DNA of 62,773 bases, the filler included, from Choristocarpus tenellus KU-1152 (Eukaryota > Protista > Phaeophyceae): assembly GCA_964200185.2 (NCBI GenBank). It is 12 parts of 12 records of this genome, joined end to end, with 100 filler letters (N's around TTAATTAATTAA, not from the genome) between each part and the next. Parts side by side here need not be neighbours in the genome. Positions count along the whole stretch, not along the records: positions 55,834 to 59,533 come from CAXNAD020018434.1; positions 59,634 to 62,773 come from CAXNAD020022032.1; 10 more parts are not named here. One strand, given 5' to 3'. Under the pieces are notes generated by a model that was not told the origin of the DNA, made no database searches, and saw nothing but the letters and a program-made list of their open reading frames with translations. Positions 58,326 through 62,773 of this stretch are shown one piece after another. Positions within the stretch are counted from its first letter, which is position 1. Every line of letters begins with the position of its first letter. The position numbers and the translations under genes are program-made.

Positions 58326-59533
58326 GTTAGCAGTGCAGGTTGTTTGAAATGTGGACTTGGAGCACACTCCCCTGCTTCGTCATCATCCCCCACCCTCCCC
58401 CTCCCCCTCCATCAATTTTTGTCTCATGTACACACACGCATGCACACACATACATACAAGTGATTGTGGTGTGCTCAAGAGTGTGTGTTGCATATATTGT
58501 GGGGTACAGTAATGGAGAAAAGCACAAGTGCTCTCGGTTATTTGTAGCCCTAACCTTTTGTTGGTAGCTGTGTGTGTGTTGGAGGGACTCTTGGAACTAT
58601 GATATAAAATATAGATACACAAATACTACTATTACGGAGTCTACACAGGAAGCACTACTGGCAATACCTGGGGAGGACTTTCTCCAAGCATATCAAACAG
58701 TGCTGCAGGGATGGTATAGTAGTGTAACCATATATTATTATTATTATTGTTGTTGTTGTTGTTATTGTACCTTAAAGTGGTCAAAAGATACGATTGTGGA
58801 TTTTTTGTTCTGCCCTTTGGCACCTGGCAGCGACTAATAATAGGACAGCAATGACATTTTTTTTTAAAGGTGTTCCTTGTTACTGTTATCACTTTTATTT
58901 TTTATTATAGGGTTTGGAGGAGAAGAAAGGTGACCGTTGGCACAAAGAGGAAGCTCAGAAGAAGTAGTAATGAAATTGCTTTGCAATTTGTGCGTGTGCT
59001 GTAGGGCTATTATCATTGTAAGTTAAAGTCGAGTGCAATCAAGGGAAGGTTTTGCTCATGTGCTACCAACAGCATCCTGGGTTCTAGCCCCTTCCCTCCC
59101 TAACCCTCCCCGCCACACCCAGCATGGATCGGAGCACCTTTTTGCATACTAGGATCTTTTAGTTGTGGTAGTCCAAGTTCTGGATCCATTGTGCAGTTTC
59201 CTTTTTCAATCCTTGTTTGAGGGCGAGGAATTTCTTTCTCCTAGTTTTAGGGAGGTTTCGCACAACCGTAGGCCAACAGTTTCATTATCTTTGGACTTGG
59301 CTATTTGAATTGCTCCAAAAACTGTAGCACTAAGTGACCACCAGCCCACTGTTCTTCTCGATAGTATTTCTAATGATGTACCCATCCATCCCCTTTCTTT
59401 TTTATTATTACTCTTGCCTTTTTTTGTCGGTGGGGGGGGGGGGGGGGGGGGGGGGGGGAGATAGAAATTGTTTTTTTTTAAGGGGTTTTTTTTTTTTATT
59501 TTGTGGTGGTGGTTGTGTGCGTTTTCTGAAAAA

Positions 59534-59633
59534 NNNNNNNNNNNNNNNNNNNNNNNNNNNNNNNNNNNNNNNNNNNNTTAATTAATTAANNNNNNNNNNN
59601 NNNNNNNNNNNNNNNNNNNNNNNNNNNNNNNNN
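59534..59633. other. Artificial contig spacer
   Basis: N44-TTAATTAATTAA-N44. Confidence 0.99.
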
Positions 59634-59652
59634 CCCCCAGATACTTTGGGTC
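59634..59652. mobile_element. MITE terminus at contig start
   Basis: ccccagatactttgggtc. Confidence 0.7.
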
Positions 59653-60199
59653 ATTATTATTTTTCTTAATTGTGTATTATTCTGATTAATGTTGACACAG
59701 AAATATGCGCATCAGAGACCTTTCCTATAGCAGTACCGTTACTTGCTTGTGTCATGGCAATGGGGTTATTCGCACACCTCAAGGCAGATTCGTAATCATT
59801 TCGATTTCCTGGCGTTCTATCTTGTCCTGTGACAAGAATGAGTGGCAGTTGGCAACCATGACCTGCCCTAGCCCCACCATTGGAGCAGGTCACCTAATGA
59901 AAACTTTGTACATAGAAGGACTGTCAGTGTCAACAACCATTGACATTATTTCCTTGTTCCTGTTCCATTTCACTTCACTCTGTGCCGCAATACTCTGTGC
60001 TATAATATTCATGCAAACAAAAGACCCGATGTGGTGAACAGACATGAGGGGCACCAACACAATCGCTCAATCAATTATACGTAACTCTAGCCTAATCCAA
60101 CCATCGTCACGGCAAACATACAGAGCTTGCCCTAAAGCACCCTTGTTTGAAGAACGTACCAATGAAAAAATCTATCGCTCATGGGGAATGTGCAGTGTA

Positions 60200-61296
60200 G
60201 ATGGATTACGAGCAAGCTGTGGAGTTGGAATGTCTTGGTTAGAATTTGCGCATTACATACATATCTACTGCATAGTACAAATTATGATGAAAATTATAGC
60301 TTATCTCCAAGACTAGGTTTGTGGTCGGCAAAATTTAGCTGTAGTAGTGTCAGACTAAATGGTAGTACTTCACTATTTAAAAAACAGAGAGTTTTCGATT
60401 GAACAACCAACCTAAAGTCCTGTCTGTCCTTACCCGGTGTTTGCCTGGCCGTATCCTGTGTGCAGTTGGATTCAAAGAGGAGCTGATTTCCCCTTCAATT
60501 CAACCAGCAGTCTCCTGAGTGCATAGCAGGTGTCACCCCTGCACTCTTTTTACAATAAAAAACAAATTCTCTTGAAAATTTTAGTACACCTCAACTCTCT
60601 ATATACTGCCTAGTGTAGTGCGTGGGGTCAGCAAAGAAATGCACGTGCTGACATCCTCTGCTTCCAGCACTGCCAGAGTTCCAAATGCTTGCAAGATGAG
60701 AATTGGCGGTGACTTGAAATATGGACAATATCAACTTTGGTCCCCAAATTAAACCGTTCAAAATCAAGTCTCTGAGAGTATTCTTTTCTTGGTCAAGATT
60801 AGTAGGCCCAACAGGTGAGAACTGCAGCGTCTGTGTATGTGCATAAAATAGGGTACATGAGAATAGCTCCACCCGGAAGTCTCCCTAGAGCCGATGGATT
60901 GAGGGTCTACTTCAGGAGTGAGCGAGACTCCTCATTTATCAAGCATGAGAAGAGGAGATGCAATCACCCCTCCTCTACAAAATACGTAGAAGGATTGTTA
61001 GGTTTAAGCCGGAAAGCAGCAGGCTCTGCTCTGCTGTTTTGCCTTTATGTTTAGCATTTGATCTGAGTCGAATCAGGGCAAACACGACCAAACAAGCCAG
61101 GTGCATACGCCTATGCGGTTCTGCGTTTGGACCCTCTCCCTGACTGTACAACTAGAGATTAGATTGGGCTGTTTTTTTTTTAATATTCTTGTTAATTCCT
61201 ATTGGGTCATATATTGGATGTGGACTCCAGCTGTGGGGTACTCTTTGGCCTCCGTCGCCGCTTGTCTATGCCGTCACTGAAGATTGGATCGTGAAG
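60200..61296 (+). CDS. Possible short exons of an unidentified gene
   Basis: Phase-compatible blocks MDYEQAVELECL|GYMRIAPPGSLPRADGLR|LWGTLWPPSPLVYAVTEDWIVK at about 60200-60236, 60852-60904 and 61231-61296. No homology recognised. Confidence 0.25.
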
Positions 61297-62093
61297 GTGA
61301 TTGTTTGGAGTGAACACACCCCACACAACATGGAAGGGGTGCAAGTGGATGGGAGGGGATGGGGTTTGTATGAGAGGATAAGGTTAATGACAGACTAGGA
61401 AACCTGTTCACGTTATCAATTGTGCAGGGTTCCTATGGTACTCACACAACAATCGTATACTTCACTGGCTGCACCACTCCAAATCTGATTTCTTCTATCT
61501 GTACAGCATGCCACCTGTCTATGTGTGAATGGAGAAATAGACCAATGCTTGCAGCATACGAAGCAGTGCTTTCAACCTTTTGGCATTTTGCTATGTTGAT
61601 ATGTTGCAGAGTGATACTATGATAATAGTGACATTTGGTGGAGTGTGTTTGCTTCAATTAGAAAGTCAAGTCCCTATCTATATACAAGTGAGTATATTAT
61701 GTTGTTTGCGAGATAATACAGGGAATCATCTGCTCCTCCAACTCCTTTCCAGAATAAAAGGGGTGTTGTAATTGTCTACAAGGAGCTTAACGATTGCACT
61801 GAGTGCTTAAAAAATATATACCTCCATAATTTATATGGTTAGGCTTGATAAACTAAAAAACATTTATTCGCTTTCCAAAAGAAAAGGTGTGTCCTACAAT
61901 AATGTATTGTTGGACCCACCATTTCTTTTGGAAAGCGTAGGGAAGGAACCTAAGAGACTCACAAGCCTTCGATAAATCAAGTATTGGTTTGCCTTGGGTG
62001 TTGTTCTGTGACAAATTAAGTCGAAGCCTAGGCATATTCTGTGATATGTTGTTGGATTGGGTATTATTTTATATCTTCTTTGAAATCAGCTTA

Positions 62094-62270
62094 GGGTCAA
62101 AGTATCTGGGGGGAGGGTGTCGGCGTCCGATTTTCACTCTTTTTTCGATTTTCACTTTTTTGGTGATTTGGTCGCACGTGTCGGATTTGAAATGTCAGCA
62201 AAAAAAAGAGTTGTTTGATCGAAATGGACGCCCCCTCAAAACCACCCCCTCCCTCCAGATACTTTGACCC
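62094..62270 (+). mobile_element. MITE family C, full length (177 bp)
   Basis: GGGTCAAAGTATCTGG...CCAGATACTTTGACCC with TTA/TTA duplication. Confidence 0.92.
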
Positions 62271-62590
62271 TTATTTTAGATCAACCAATTTTTATCAACC
62301 TATTTATATCAACCAACTCGTTTGATGTCAACTTATTTTTTTCAACTTAGTTCATATCAAAATATCTTATGTTGCCAGGTGAGGGGGAGAGGATTGGAGG
62401 CCTATTTATGACACATTCCCTGGAGTATTTAGTGGCACTTTCGCCTTCCCATACAACTGTCTCTTATCAGCAAAAAACTTGAAAAGTTCACATTTTTCTC
62501 CCAATTTTGTTTAACTAGAGAAAAAGTGTGAATATTACATCTATTCGTTTGGTGAAAGAGTGAAAGGATCTTCTTGCTGAAAAGCCTTGA

Positions 62591-62763
62591 GGCTTAAAGT
62601 ATCTGGGGGGGGGGGGTGGCTGCTGTCCATTTGAGGCCTATTTTTCATGTCACAATTTTTGGGTGTTTTGGTTGCATACATTGTATGCATATTGTAAGTG
62701 CACCTTTCCTCGTTATGTCCCAAATGGACACCATGGTGTAGTTCACTCTCCCCTCCCCCCCCC
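62591..62763 (-). mobile_element. MITE family A, second TIR not seen before window end
   Basis: ggcttaaagtatctggggg..gtccattt...ccaaatggacaccatggtgta; colinear with 38411-38591. Confidence 0.85.
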
Positions 62764-62773
62764 GCTCCATTCC

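Noticed and set aside
5659-59633. Regularly recurring TTAATTAATTAA as a biological repeat or CRISPR-like array
   Set aside because: It is always centred in exactly 88 Ns: an artificial all-frame-stop linker.

Overview
Not one continuous locus. This is 12 short contigs of an intron-rich eukaryotic draft genome, joined by 100-bp artificial spacers (44 N + TTAATTAATTAA + 44 N), so neighbourhood across spacers is meaningless. The gene content points to a brown alga or close stramenopile relative (inference): a vanadium haloperoxidase, a probable alginate-lyase-type enzyme and a bipartite plastid-targeting presequence. Spliced genes were rebuilt by hand from GT/GC-AG sites and frame continuity: a carnitine acyltransferase head-to-head with an FHA-domain gene; the 3' part of a vanadium haloperoxidase with Ser->Ala in the vanadate loop; a secreted/anchored PL7/PL41-like lyase with two knottin-like modules; an SGF29-like 3' end; a complete 9-exon type I membrane protein with two copies of an unrecognised 6-Cys domain and a PPxY tail; a 114-aa plastid protein head-to-head with CNOT3; and part of a PFKFB gene. 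Introns and intergenic DNA are full of mobile DNA: about 21 copies of related MITEs sharing the terminus G(A/G)NNNAAAGTATCT, a CACTA-type MITE, a long-TIR foldback element, 3' ends of an RLE-type (CRE-like) LINE, and decayed Gypsy, Copia and pogo-like remnants. No prokaryotic system, CRISPR array, rRNA or tRNA was seen. All family assignments come from recalled motifs, not database searches.
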